Assembly: GCA_016748015.1 (NCBI GenBank)
Contig: JAAOMT010000175.1
Coordinates: forward strand, 36,610-100,609
DNA length: 64,000 nt
DNA from: Geosiphon pyriformis uo1
Lineage: Eukaryota > Fungi > Glomeromycota
Direction: 5' to 3'
The notes below the pieces were generated by a model. That model was not told where the DNA came from, ran no database searches, and worked only from the letters and a program-made list of their open reading frames with translations. This document shows positions 51,501 to 64,000 of the stretch, piece after piece; positions within the stretch are counted from its first letter, which is position 1, and each line of letters starts with the position of its first letter. The translations under genes and the position numbers were made by a program.

Positions 51501-54500
51501 GTAATAAAATGTATTAATATACAGTATTGATCAACAATTAAATACAAAAAAAAACTCTGATTAACAATGCCTGAAAATAGGCATTAAACTATTTGAATAA
51601 TTACTCATATAACAAAAGTAAACTCTAAAGAATGACAAGTGTTAAAGCTAAAGATGTTTTACCCTATAAAATATAAGAAATCAAAAACAACCTTTTAATG
51701 CTTTCTGAACCCAAATACAATCCATTCACAGATAATTTAGAAGCATTCCAAAATTGATACTAAGACTTAGCTCCAATCCAAGAAGAGCAAAAACAAAAAC
51801 TAGCTGACTTAAACATAAAACTGTGTGATCACTGCCTAATTTTTTGTCATTTTTAGTACTGTGACAAGTGTAATCTCTTGTTTAATCCAATGCCAAAAAC
51901 ACTATATCTTATCATTAAATTACCAGAGCCTAATGAAAAATATGAATCCACTATAGAAGATTAAGAGCCAAGAAAGACTACCAAAATAAAACAGTTCTCT
52001 GCCTATCTAAATCTTTCCAAAAAATTAGAATTGAAATAGTACAGTAACAACAATAAAGAAATATGCCTGGAAAAAGCACATAAAACTGATGTTGGCTTTG
52101 ACTTAAAATATCCAGAACAATTATCTATTATTATAGTCTCATATTTTTTTGTAAAAATAGATCTCAAAATAGCTTTGGAAATTCCTATTAGCATAATAAT
52201 ACAAGTTGCATTCCAGTTTAGTCTTACAAAGAAAGAAATTAATATGAAAAAAGAAATCATTGATGTCAGTTATACAGAAATATTATTGTAATACTACAGA
52301 ACAATTTTGACAAATTTTATAAAATAGAATTATAAGAGAAGATTATCCAAGCTATCTTTTTACTTCTTTTAAAAATACCACAGTTGACTTCAGTTACTAC
52401 CTGAGAAAAATTAGATCTTACTACCAGAGAAATCAATAGGTTTGGATCAAGTGGAAAAAGAAATGTACTAGTTAATTTTATTAAGGAAGACAGTGACAAG
52501 ATAAAACTTATTTATATTGATACAGTTATCTTCATTTCTTTATATCGACAATACATTTTTAAAGTAGATTGGAAAATTCAAGACCAAGTCCTATTATTTG
52601 AAGTTAACTCTAAAATCTGTTCTTTAGCTAATATTACAAATATATATATACTTGCCAGAGCTTATAAACATTTCAAAATTTCCATCCATAATTATACTGA
52701 AAACATTATCAAAATCCTTAAAGATACTTTTATTGAATCTATTTCTCCTAACATACAGAATCTTAAACAACTTCAGACTATTCCAGATTTTACACAATTG
52801 TTTTTATTTTGTGATATTATTTTACAAGTATGGAATCTGCCAAAAAAAAGTTATTTGTTTATACTGAAAGAAATTAATAAACTCAATTTGGGAAACTTAA
52901 GCACCTTGCAACAAATACAGCTTAAAGTTCTCTTAATCAATATACTAACATTTTTGCCAGTGTTATGGTTTAAAAATTTAGCAAAAAAATCATAAAAATC
53001 ATATAAACTATTCAATCATAATATAGTGCAGTAATAATTTTAGAAAGGTAATAATTAACATAGTAGCAAAACACCATTTTGCAATAGTGGCAAGCACCAG
53101 TTCACAATAGCAGCCAACACCAATTAGTGATAGCAGCAAACACCAGATTGAAATATCAAAAAAAAGTATTACAATGTGTTTTTTTATAGAACTACAAACA
53201 TGTATATATACAGTAGTTTTAATATTGAGAAAAGTCAATCAAGTAATAAAAATCATAACTTATCAAGCAATAGATCCAATTTATTCAACAAACTCTTCTT
53301 TAAATCGTACTTTTAAATAAAATATCCCAAAAAACCTTTAAATCAAAAAGAAATGAAAAAGAATATTTAAAACTGAATTATCACAATTCAAAGTGGTAAG
53401 AAACTTACTTGTATTATTTATTGAATGAAACTATCATTCATCAGCTGAATCCCTTGGAAGAATAATTCTTGATCAAGATTATTCATGTTGTTACTAATTG
53501 ATAAAAGCTTTATTGTAAAAATTAGAAAGAGTGCTAAAGACCATTAACATTCCATGTTTTTAGATTAGAGAAACACATTAGGCAATTGCAAGAATAGCTT
53601 CAGATAAGATCTTAGACAGCAGATAAATTTCAGTTCAGCCTCTGGGAAGAAGTACATAAACATACACAACAATCAGGAATTGAAAAATAACTTAGATCAC
53701 AACATTAAAGAGAAAGCCTTCAGTATAACAAGTGATATTATTACACAAATAGAATTGAGGAACTCATGAGAGACTGATTGCAATTAAAATGGAATATCAG
53801 CAATTAAATATACCAAGAAAACCATCCTGTAATACCAGCAAAAATAAGTTTGGACATACAGACATTATAAAACATCAAATTGATACAAGAAATACCTGCC
53901 CTATTAAACAATAGACATATTGAGTAATTCTAATAGGCAATAATTTGATTAAAAAAGAAGTATAATGAATGTTAGACCATGGACTGATTAAGCAATTATT
54001 AAACTCTTGGTTCTCTTCAGTGGTGTTGGTTACTAAAAAGAATAAAAAAATATGGTTCTGTGTAAATTACCAAAAATTAAACAGTGTTACTTATGGCAAT
54101 AGTTACTCTACTTATTTTATATAAAAAATATTAGACAATTTAGGCAACAAAAAATAGTTCTCATTATTAGACTTAGCCAGTAGATATTGGCAAGTGAAAA
54201 TAGATCCCAAAGACAAAAAGAAAATAGTCTTTATCATGTGAGATAAAAACTTTAAATTCAATGTAATACCTTTTGGGCTGTATAATGTTTCTGCTATTTT
54301 TCAATATCTTATAGATGTAGTATACAAGAAAATTCTTTGAAAATCAGTCATAGTCTATTTGAACAACACCAATATGTTCTTTAAAACATTTGATGATCAC
54401 TTATTTTACCTACAACAAATTTTCAAACATCTTTGAGGTGCCAAATTGAAACTCAACCCTGACAAATGTTTCTTCAAAAAAACTGAGCTGAAATTCTTAG

Positions 54501-55158
54501 AACATATAATCAGCAAGAACAAAATCAAGCCAGATTCAGATAAAGTCCAAAAAGTCAGAGATTTTTCAGTTTCAACTAATCTATGAAAATTAAGAGGATT
54601 CTTAGAACTAACTAGATACTACTACAGATTTGTTAAAAAATTTTTCAATATTGCAAAACCTTTTTACTACCTACTGTTAAAACACATATCATACTTATAA
54701 AAAAAAAACCAGTAAAAGGCATTCAATTATCTCAAACAGTGATTAATTACAGCCCCAATATTAATCTATTTTGACTTTAACAAACATTTTATGATTGTTA
54801 CTAATATCTTAAAAATGCACTTGGAGTAGTTTTGTCTCAAATTGGACCAAAACAAAGAGAATATCTAATTGCTTATACTAGTTACAGCACCAGTCCAGCA
54901 GAGAAAATATACAGTATGACAGATTTGGAATGTCTCATCATCTATTGAGCAGTACAAAATTGGAAACACTATCTTTACTAATTATTTAATCTATACACCA
55001 ATTATAAGAGACTTATTTGGTTACTCAGTAAACTACAACTAGAAGGAAGATATGCATAATGAAGTACTTATCTGCAACAATTTTCATACAAAGTTCATTA
55101 CAAAAAAAGATCCAAAAACATTAATGTTGACAGTTTTTTGAAAATGATACAAATCTAA
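48515..55158 (+). pseudogene. G gag-pol (gag, PR ~50670-51050, Cys domain ~51280-51880, dUTPase ~52030-52450, RT/RH ~53840-55158)
   Basis: LILNSRLAGSII; CIDC, CKSC, CDHC, CDKC; DVGFDLKYP, NRFGS; IPFGLYN; ends NVDSFLKMIQI*. Confidence 0.85.
52961..53834 (+). mobile_element. Solo LTR E2 in G pol
   Basis: Perfect TSD CCAG; removal restores FASKNKFG. Confidence 0.93.
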
Positions 55159-55168
55159 TCTTGAATTC

Positions 55169-57503
55169 ATAAATACAAATACTTATTAGCAATTACATCA
55201 GTATCTATTAATACTACAGTTCAAAGAGATATTATCTTAACAAAAACAAAGTAATATATAAAAACAAGCTTGTAATTATTTTATCCAGAACAATTAACTA
55301 TATTGCTGAAAATGCCAAAACCACACTACCCTACAATAAATTATAAAAGACAATAAAAAAAAACTATTTTATATAACATGCATTTTGACTTGACCACAAG
55401 ACATTTTAACAAAGATACTACTTTAAAAAAAACAATGAACATATATTATTGGTCAACAATATATAAAAATATTTTTGAATATATCTTTAACTATGACTTA
55501 TATTAATGAAGAGAAGAAGCTAGAACAATAAAACCACTTCAACTCATTCTAGTTGGAAATTTATTTGATAGAATAGAGATTAATTTGGTTGGTTTTTTCT
55601 CAATTACATTTAAGAGAAATTGTTACATAGCTGTAGCTATAGATTACCTTACTAAATGGCCAGAAACCAAAACAATTCAAGTAGTTAACATTAAAACAAT
55701 AGCCAAGTTTGTACACTGTTACCAGAGGTTTTTGGTCTCTTCTTAGCTCTTGTATGTTTGTTGTAATGCTGTTAATTTACGACTATGGGAAATGTTTGAA
55801 CCTCCAATAATTGAATTTATCCTTTCAAATTATTTTCTATAATTTGAATTGCTGGGCTTATAGTGAAATGGCCAATTCCGTGCCAGTTACTTTATGTAGT
55901 TACGTTGTAGTAAATGTCAACTTTTTCCCAGGAATTGCTCGTCTGGAAGCTTATTAAAAATGTGTAGTTACTTTGCTGTAAAATTCAACTCTTCTACAGG
56001 AATCTTGTCTGTAAGCTACCCTAATGATTGTAATAAGAAAAAAAAAGAAAAATAAAAGAAATGTAAAAAAAGTAGGATTTTATCAAGGGAAAACGTTTTT
56101 TTCTATCCAGACCTGGAGTCACTAACAATTTACTGAAATTGGTAGCTAATCAATTTCAAAATGTTAGTTGGGTTTTAGGGATTTTCTAAGTGTAATAATT
56201 AAAGAATTTGGTTTTTTTCAAATTATTTGATATTTATTTCTTTTTGTGTGTATAGAAATGGTTCTAAATAATAAATCTAAAGTAAGATACATTTTCTCGA
56301 AAAGAGAAGCTCTTTTTTTATACAACTTGTTGTAACACTATTTTATGAACTTGAACTTTGCTCTTTTCTACAATTTAACTGAACTAAAGATACATTTCGG
56401 CAAACTACAAGTTATTTCTGCAAACTATTAGATATTTCAGTGAATTTCTACAAATTTCGACAAACTTTTGAATGTTACATAGTTCAGGGTATTGCATAAT
56501 TGATCATCACAATTATGTTACATTTGTGTTATGTACAAATTGGGTTATTAATTAAATGATAATTTCAGATATTTTGCTAAATGTAATAAGTGATAATTAA
56601 AATGATAATATGCTAATTAATGATAGAAATTATAAGGATAATTTCATGCTAAATAATATCTTTAATTTTGTCTGGTAACAATACCAAGATTTAATTTGTT
56701 ATCATAAATGCCCAAAAGAATTGTTATCTGACCAAGAAACACATTTTGTCAATAGTAGATTAACTAACTAAGCCAATAGTTTGGAATAAAACTACTTTTA
56801 TTATTATTATATTACTTACAATCAAATAAACTGATAGAATAATTTAACCAAACATTATGTGAAGCATTAGCAAAAATAAGTAACAAAAATGCACAAGAAT
56901 AAAACTTATTTATATCTTCTGTATTATTTGCATACTAAACATTAAAAGCAAAATACTATCCAGTTCATACCATTTAAACTAGTCTATGGAAGGAAAGCTA
57001 TCTTATTTATTGAACAAAAAATACCTTCTTTTCTAACAAAAACTATTACTGAGGAGAATTTTGAAATTATCTTATATCAAAGAACATATTAACTTATAGA
57101 AATATTGGAAAACAATTGTAAAACAGCAGCTGACAATATTAGCAAAGCTTAAAAACAACAAAAAAAAAGACATAATAATCGCATACCTAACCAACCAATC
57201 AAATTCAAGATTGGAAACCAAGTACTATTACATCATACAAAGACTAAAAAACAGTGAAATGAGAAGTTTAACCCAAAGTAAGATGATTTATTTCACATAC
57301 ACAAAGTTTTAAGCAATAAAGCTTACAAATTATAATTGGAAGATAAGATTTTAAAGAAAGTAACACATAGAAATTGGTTAAAAATTTTTCATACAAAACA
57401 AAAATTATTATTATCTGTACTTCAACTAGAAACACAAATTCTATTAATTAGACTTGAAAATATACCATGAGATTTGGAACCAATTATCATTATCGAAACA
57501 TAA
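55169..57503 (+). pseudogene. G integrase (stand-alone ORF), split by a solo LTR
   Basis: (M)NTNTY*QLHQYL; IDYLTKWPE; AKFVH|QDLIC; LEPIIIIET*. Confidence 0.85.
55717..56680 (-). mobile_element. Solo LTR of family C in G integrase
   Basis: TGTTAC...GTAACA; TSD ACAC/ATAC; similar to C LTRs. Confidence 0.92.
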
Positions 57504-57584
57504 TTAATACATGACTATTTAATTGGAAAATTTAAGTATATATAACCATTAAAACAACAAAAATAAATTGATAGAACTTGCAAT

Positions 57585-58356
57585 ATGAATTTTTTAGATC
57601 AAATTCTGCAACTCTCAAAACAACTATTTAATACAATTCAACAATTTACCACTTAAATAGAAATTACTATTAATAAAAAAGAGATACAATACAAAAACAG
57701 GAGTAGAAAAAAGATGGGTAAGAGTTTAATTAAAACTAAATAATCTCATCCCTATAAACAATCTTCTATTTTAGTGGTCAGTACTTTGCACAACAATTAA
57801 GGAAAGAGGAGGACAAAAAAAAAGAAAGAAATACATTTTGGACAAAGCTCAATACAATTAAGAAGAAGAAAAAGATAACAGAAATAAATACATGTTAGGC
57901 AAAGCTCAAAGAAATTAAAGAAGCTTTGAGCAGGCAAATGTTAAAACCAGTAACAGAAAAATAGATAATAGAAAACTTTAAAGTATGAAAAAAAAACTGC
58001 CACTAGTCTACTGGTTTTATAAGATTAGTGAACAACTAAAATTGAGTACATTATACAAAAATTTTAACCATCAGACATTTAACAAAGCAGCTTTTAAACA
58101 AGTAGAAAAATTCATAAAAAAAAGCAACATAATACTAAATTATAAAGCAGCATACTGCTTATACTTAGCATTCAAATATTGACCAGCCATACTACTAAAC
58201 AGTTCATTAACAACTATTATAATCAACAATATAGGACAAATAACAAATAATCAATTTAAAAACTTACAAAAAACAATACTCAATGCTATAATTAAACACT
58301 ACACAAAGAACACAGATTTTACAAATACATACAATTTCACACAAGCTTAATTTTAA
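57585..58356 (+). pseudogene. G ORF3
   Basis: MNFLDQILQLSKQLF...LPLVYWFYKI...KAAYCLYLAF. Confidence 0.72.
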
Positions 58357-58370
58357 AAAAAGAGGGATAA

Positions 58371-59356
58371 TATTACCTAAGTAAAAAAACCAATCCAAAG
58401 TCATGGAGAAAACATGACCAAAAATGTGATGTTATGAAATAACACAAAATAATACAAAAAAATACAGAATAATATGTAATAACTCAGGATAACATAATAC
58501 AAAACTTAATAATATATTATAACATAAAATAACTAGTTAAAACATAGAATAACTAGTAATAATATAGAAGAATAAAGTAATAACAGAAATAGCAAAGCAA
58601 TAGCTAGCAAGAACAAAACAATTAAAAAGCAATTCTATAGAACCAAGAAGAATATATAAAAATGAGTAGTTGTAGAAGTTAAAAAGACAGCCAGACAAAA
58701 ATTAATTTTCTTTCTATATAGCTATTATATTTTATGAAAAATAAAAGACTTATTTAAAATTTAAAATAATTAATACATGATTATCTACTATTCTATGTTC
58801 TTTTTAAACTAATTTTTGTTTTATACTTTTATTCTGAGACAGATGTTCTTAGCATAAACACCTGAAAAAACTAATGACTTAAACCAATTGCTTTTAATCA
58901 CAGTGATTGACAATACTAATTTATTTATTTTTATTTTTATTTTTATTTTTTTTATTTTTTTTTATTCTCTTTTGTAAAGTGGCAACATAGAAAAATCAAC
59001 TGTCTGAAAATAGACTTTATAATAGCCTAATAAAAAAAGGAAGTTCTCTTTAAGTTTGAATAGTAATATTATCTTGGTAGCTTACCAAAAAGACAAAAAA
59101 CACTACCAGACCTTAATAACTGTGCTTGTTGGTTCAGAGAAAATAACTCATATTTACAACAAAAGTTGTAAAACATGAAAGTAAAAATTCTGTGTCTTAT
59201 AACCAAAAAACTTCACAAGTAAATACACATTCAAAGAAAGATTTTCAGAGACTGATAATAAAAATCAGCTGTATTACAAAGACCATTCAAAGCTTTTATC
59301 ACTTAAATTAGAGTACCAAATATTACCACCATACTCCACTAAGTTTACCCATAACA
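58371..59356 (+). repeat. 3' LTR of G
   Basis: Direct repeat of 47480-48452. Confidence 0.92.
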
Positions 59357-61740
59357 GTGGCCATCAACTTTTATATTGGTGTACATTACAGTAATTGGTT
59401 TTGCTTTAAAAGTGGCTCTACTGAATAGAAGCATTTTGACTGGTTTTTTAAGTTCAAAAAAAAATAATAGTAAGTAATTTGTCTTTGGTAATGATTGCTA
59501 GTAGAATATTGTGAATAGATAATTGAGTTTGATTGAATTTTAATAGATTAAGTATAGTGATTTCTGGAGATACTAAGAGACTTAAATAGTGTTGAACATT
59601 CAGGTTTTGGGCATAGTTAATTTCCAAATTTTGCTGTTATGATTTCAATTATTGGGCTGTTAAACTGGGAATTAGTTAATGTATTACTATCATTGATCTC
59701 CAGTTCTGACAGATTTAAGTAGTCCTCAGCCTTTGGCTTCTGTTTTGATATAAGTCTTATGGCTGGGTTTGAATTTGTTGGGATTGATAAATAACTTAGA
59801 ACTGTAGTTAATATATTATTGGTACTAGAAGCTAATAAATTGGCAGTAAGTATATTGTTTGTTGCATTATTGAGGTGTAATGAAGTTAATATAGTTGATA
59901 ATTTGGAGTTTAAAATTGGTGATTGGGGTTTCAATATTGATTTCCTGATCATTAATCATTTAACTGAGTGTAGCAGTTGATTTGCAAATGTCTTTGTTTA
60001 CTATAATAGTAACAAATATGCATTTTTTGTTATTACTGTTAATTGGTTGATAAAAATAGATGCAGTTGATTTTGAAGATGATTTGGGTTCTCTGAATTAC
60101 TGTGACATTGTAAAAATTAATAAATTGCTTAATTGTTAGTTAAATATTCCTCTAATTTTTGATTAATAGAATTACTAAATTGTTTTAATTTGGAGTTCAA
60201 GTTAGATGATTTATTTATTACTAGATTAATGACTTAAGTGTGGTTGGCTTTCAGCTCAGCTGATTTAAAATTTTAGGCATATGTGACTGCATCTTAGAGT
60301 GTTTGTAAGTGCAATAAACATATGTATTGTAAAAAACTACTGTGTAGACCACAAATAAATTAATTTAAGATTTATAGTACAGTAAAATAATTTGCATTGA
60401 TGACTTGTATTTATTACAGATTTCAATAAAAGTGTCTTAAGTAAGTAGTAACAGCTTTAGTATCTTTTTACTTAATGATAGTAAGAATATTTGCTAGACA
60501 ATTGATGCTGTTATTGTTACTAAAATATCTTAGAAATTCCAGTTTAAACATATTGAAGTCTTGAGACTTCTGGATCAAGTGTTAATATCATAAGTTGGTA
60601 ATATCTTAAAGAAAGTATGAAATTGTCTATAATGCTTTGGCATTGTCTTATCTATTGACTGTGATGGCTTTTTTTACATCATTGAACTAAACTTGTGTGT
60701 TGTTTTCTTTACCAGTAAATTTCTTAAGTTTTGTAATTGATGTGTATGCCATTAATGCAAGTAATAGTTGTAGTTGTGGTTGTTGTTAAGGTTGTTGTTG
60801 TGGCAGTAGTAGTTGTAGCTGTTGTTACAGTTATTGTGGTTTGGCAATTGGTGCAACTGATGATAAATTGATCATAATTACTGAAGGTAAGTTTTGGAGA
60901 ACAATAAGAGCTGGGTTTGAATTATTTGGGTTTTGCTGGATTGAAATAATCAGAATTTGAATTTTCAGATTTTCTGAAATCAGGTTTTGATAATTAAATT
61001 CTTAATTTTCATCTTCTTTCTCTTCTGAGTTGGTTCTTTCCCAAAGACTAATGGCTCTAAAATTAGGTTAAGGTGGCAGTAATCAAAATCTTAATAGTAT
61101 TAATAATTATAATTTAAATTCTTCAAAAAAATCACCATAAGTTTCCAATAAATCAGTTTTTTCTTGTTAGCTTTAAAACATTATTCTTGCTGATGGTGTT
61201 TTTGTTAATGATAATACAACTTCTAATAGTATATTAATAGTACTTTTAAGTATATAATAATATGATAAATGTATAAGTAAAATAATTTTTGGCTTCTTTC
61301 ACATCAGTAGTTGTATTCTTCTTGGTGTTTTTGTCAGAATTTGTAGTTTTTTTTTGTTTTTGTTTGCATAGGTAATGGAAAATTTTTGTTGGGTGTAACT
61401 TTCAATTTTTCAGTTAATTTCAGTAATAGTAGAAGCAAAATTGTAATTTAATAGTAAGTTGGTATATTGAATTAATTCAATATAGAAATTTTCTTTTGCT
61501 GATTTAGTATCTGTTGGTTTTTCTAGAAAGTAGGTAATTCTGTTATTGACATAACAATTGAAGACTAATTTGGCTGGCCAATGATTGTTGATTAATTTTA
61601 ACTATTAGTAATATTGTTGAAATAGAGATTTTGTGAATTCTAAGTAATTTGTCCTTATTATTTCTGATTTTGCCACTGTTTCAAATAGTTGTTACTGGTG
61701 CTAATTTTTTGTTGAATTATATCTTACAGAGAGCACCAAA

Positions 61741-62470
61741 TATTACAGGTAATTATTTAGAATCTGGAAACAAATAACAAATTTATAACTTAATGCTCAA
61801 TATCTTGGTGATATTGGTAATATCTGAAGGTTTTTGTATTTAAAGATTTTAGATGAAGTCTTTTGTATAATAGACAGAGATTTAATGATTGTTTTAATAG
61901 CTTTCTAAAATAGTTATTCCATCAATTTCTTTTTCAATATGGTGGCTGGTTTATTTTGGCAGTTATGCTCTTCTAATAAGCTATCTATTAATATATATAT
62001 TCGATTTTACTCTTATTTTTGGGTTTTTTATCAAACTATTTTTAATGTTAATATTACTCAATACTTAATCTCTTTAATTAGTAAGTAAGTTAACACAACA
62101 AAAGAAAATAAAAAAAAATAAAAAAAAAATAAGAAAATTAGTATCCTGTCAATAGCTGTAATTAAGAGCTATTGTTCCAATATAATTAAATATTAAATAT
62201 TATTAACATAGAGTATTAATAATAGATGAATAATGAGAATTCTTAATCAACTGATAATAATATGGATTTAGATGATAATAAGTATGTTTTATTGAATATT
62301 TTATAAATTTATTTCAAATATTACTGTTATATATATATAGTTAATATTATATGAGATTTTTAAAATCCTGCAATCTTTTTAAAAAAATTCTGGAATTCCT
62401 TTGTTACTACACTTACTTCTGATTGGCTATTTTTCTAACTATATAATATTCTTAATTTTTATAAATAATA
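61741..62470 (-). repeat. 5' LTR of F
   Basis: Similar to A and D LTRs; PBS adjacent at 61723-61738. Confidence 0.85.
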
Positions 62471-63900
62471 ATGTGTATTTCTTACCACAAATTAATAAAA
62501 TATTGGACACTCTAGAAAAATTTAAATAGTTTTCAATCCTAGATCTTATTAGTGAATATTGACAAATAACCATAAATTCTAATGATTAAGACAAAACTAG
62601 ACCAAACCTTGTAGTTATAATTCTATATTTTCTTGTAAAAATAAATATAAAAATAACTTTAAAAATTTTTATTAATACTATAATTTAAGTTGTATTTCAG
62701 TCTAGTCTTACAAAGAAAAAAATTAACATAAAAAGAGAAATTATTAATACTGGATACACAAAAAACATTAATATAATATTATAAAACAATTTTAACAAAC
62801 TTTATATAATTAAATTACAAAAAAAAATTGCCCAAGCTATTTTTCTGCTTTTCATAAAAATACTACTATTAAATCCTTGTTATCATGCACAAAAAATTAG
62901 GTTTTACTGCTTAAGAAATTAACAAATTTGAATCAAGTAAAAAAAAATGTACCAATTAATTTTATAGAGGATAATAGTAACAAAATAGAACTCATCTACA
63001 CTAATATAGTTATCTCCATTTTTGTATATTAATAGTTTATTTTAAAAGTGGATTGAAAATTTTAATATCAAGCTTTATTATTCAAAGCTAATCCAGAAAT
63101 TTGTTCTCTAATTAATGTTATTAACTTATATATATCTGCTAAAGTTTACAAATATTTCAAAATTTCTATTTACAATCTTATGGAAGAGATTATTAAAATT
63201 CTTGAAGAGATCCTTATTAGTTTTATTTCTTCAGACATTTAGAATCTTAAGAGATCCCAGTTTATTCCTAATTTACACAATTGGTTTTATTTTGTAACAT
63301 TATCTTATAAGTATAAAATCTGTCAAAAGAAAGTTATTTGTTTATACTGAAAAAAATTGCTAAACTAAACTTGAAAAATTTAAGTATCTTATAACAGATA
63401 CAACTTAAAGTTTTTTTGAATTAATATACTAATATCTTTGCCAGCAAAAATAAATTCAGATACACTGATATTATAAAGCACCAGATTAACATAAAAAATG
63501 TCAGATCTATTAAACAACAATTTGATTAAACAAAAAATACAATAAATATTAAATAATAGATTAATTAAAAAATCATTAAGTCCTTGGTTTTTTCTAATAG
63601 TATTAGTTACCAAAAAAAATAGGAAAATACATTTTCTGTAAACTACCAAAAGCTCAACAGTATTACTCAAGAAGACAGTTATCCAACTTTTTTTATTCAG
63701 GAAATTTTGAATAATTTAAAAAATAAGAAATGGTTCTCTTCTTTAAACTTAGTTAATGAATATTGGCAAGTCAAAATAGACTTCAAGAACAAAAAAAAAA
63801 CAGCATTCATCATGTAAAATAAAAATTTTGAATTCAACATAATGCTTTTTGGACTTTGCAATGTCTTAGCTATCTTTTAACATTTTATAAATATTGTATA
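62471..63900 (+). pseudogene. Decayed Gypsy pol fragments: short RT piece (62471-62600), then G-like dUTPase-linker-RT (62600-63900)
   Basis: FLPQINKILDTL...ILDL; KKIAQAIFL; FASKNKF; MLFGLCN. Confidence 0.75.
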
Positions 63901-64000
63901 TAGGGCATGCTGCAACAAAACCAAACAAAGTGAACATTCTATTATGTAACATAAATGAAAGGCTGATTTTATAATATGGCTGTAAAATTGACCAGTATGA

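Larger units (their letters stand above)
47480..59356 (+). mobile_element. Ty3/Gypsy element G (full length, dUTPase-bearing), nested in F protease
   Basis: LTRs 47480-48452 and 58371-59356; TSD GTGA/GTGG; decayed PBS TGATGCTTTCTATGAGG; PPT AAAAGAGGGA. Confidence 0.93.
44625..62470 (-). mobile_element. Ty3/Gypsy element F (A-like, dUTPase-bearing), 3' half deleted, interrupted by G
   Basis: 5' LTR 61741-62470, PBS TGGTGCTCTCTGTAAG, gag ~59600-61676, PR split at 47479/59357, Cys domain ~46300-46900, dUTPase ~45640-46045, partial RT ~44625-45090. Confidence 0.88.

Overview
The window is almost entirely a nest of decayed retrotransposons in a very AT-rich, CpG-depleted eukaryotic genome. It looks fungal and is reminiscent of Glomeromycotina; this is an impression and not verified. 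I found no host genes, RNA genes or CRISPR arrays. Four LINE copies (APE-RT type) form the scaffold. Inserted into them, and into each other, are five Ty3/Gypsy LTR elements: A 3929-21608 (+), B 9156-16810 (-, inside A), C ~26909-36790 (-), F ~44625-62470 (-, truncated) and G 47480-59356 (+, inside F). There are also six solo LTRs and some fragments. The bounded LTR insertions share TGTTAY...RTAACA ends (allowing decay) and 4-bp TSDs, and the five elements share a TGGTGCT PBS. The main result is an unusual architecture common to all four complete, sequence-divergent elements. Pol stops right after RNase H, integrase is a separate ORF with its own start codon, and a conserved non-env ORF3 follows. 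A, C, F and G also carry a multi-CxxC zinc domain plus a dUTPase between protease and RT. Conserved RNA features include anti-PBS hairpins, a palindromic-loop hairpin in the LTR, a GUG gag start and a -1 frameshift signal in B. All coordinates and alignments were read by eye and all ORFs are pseudogenised.
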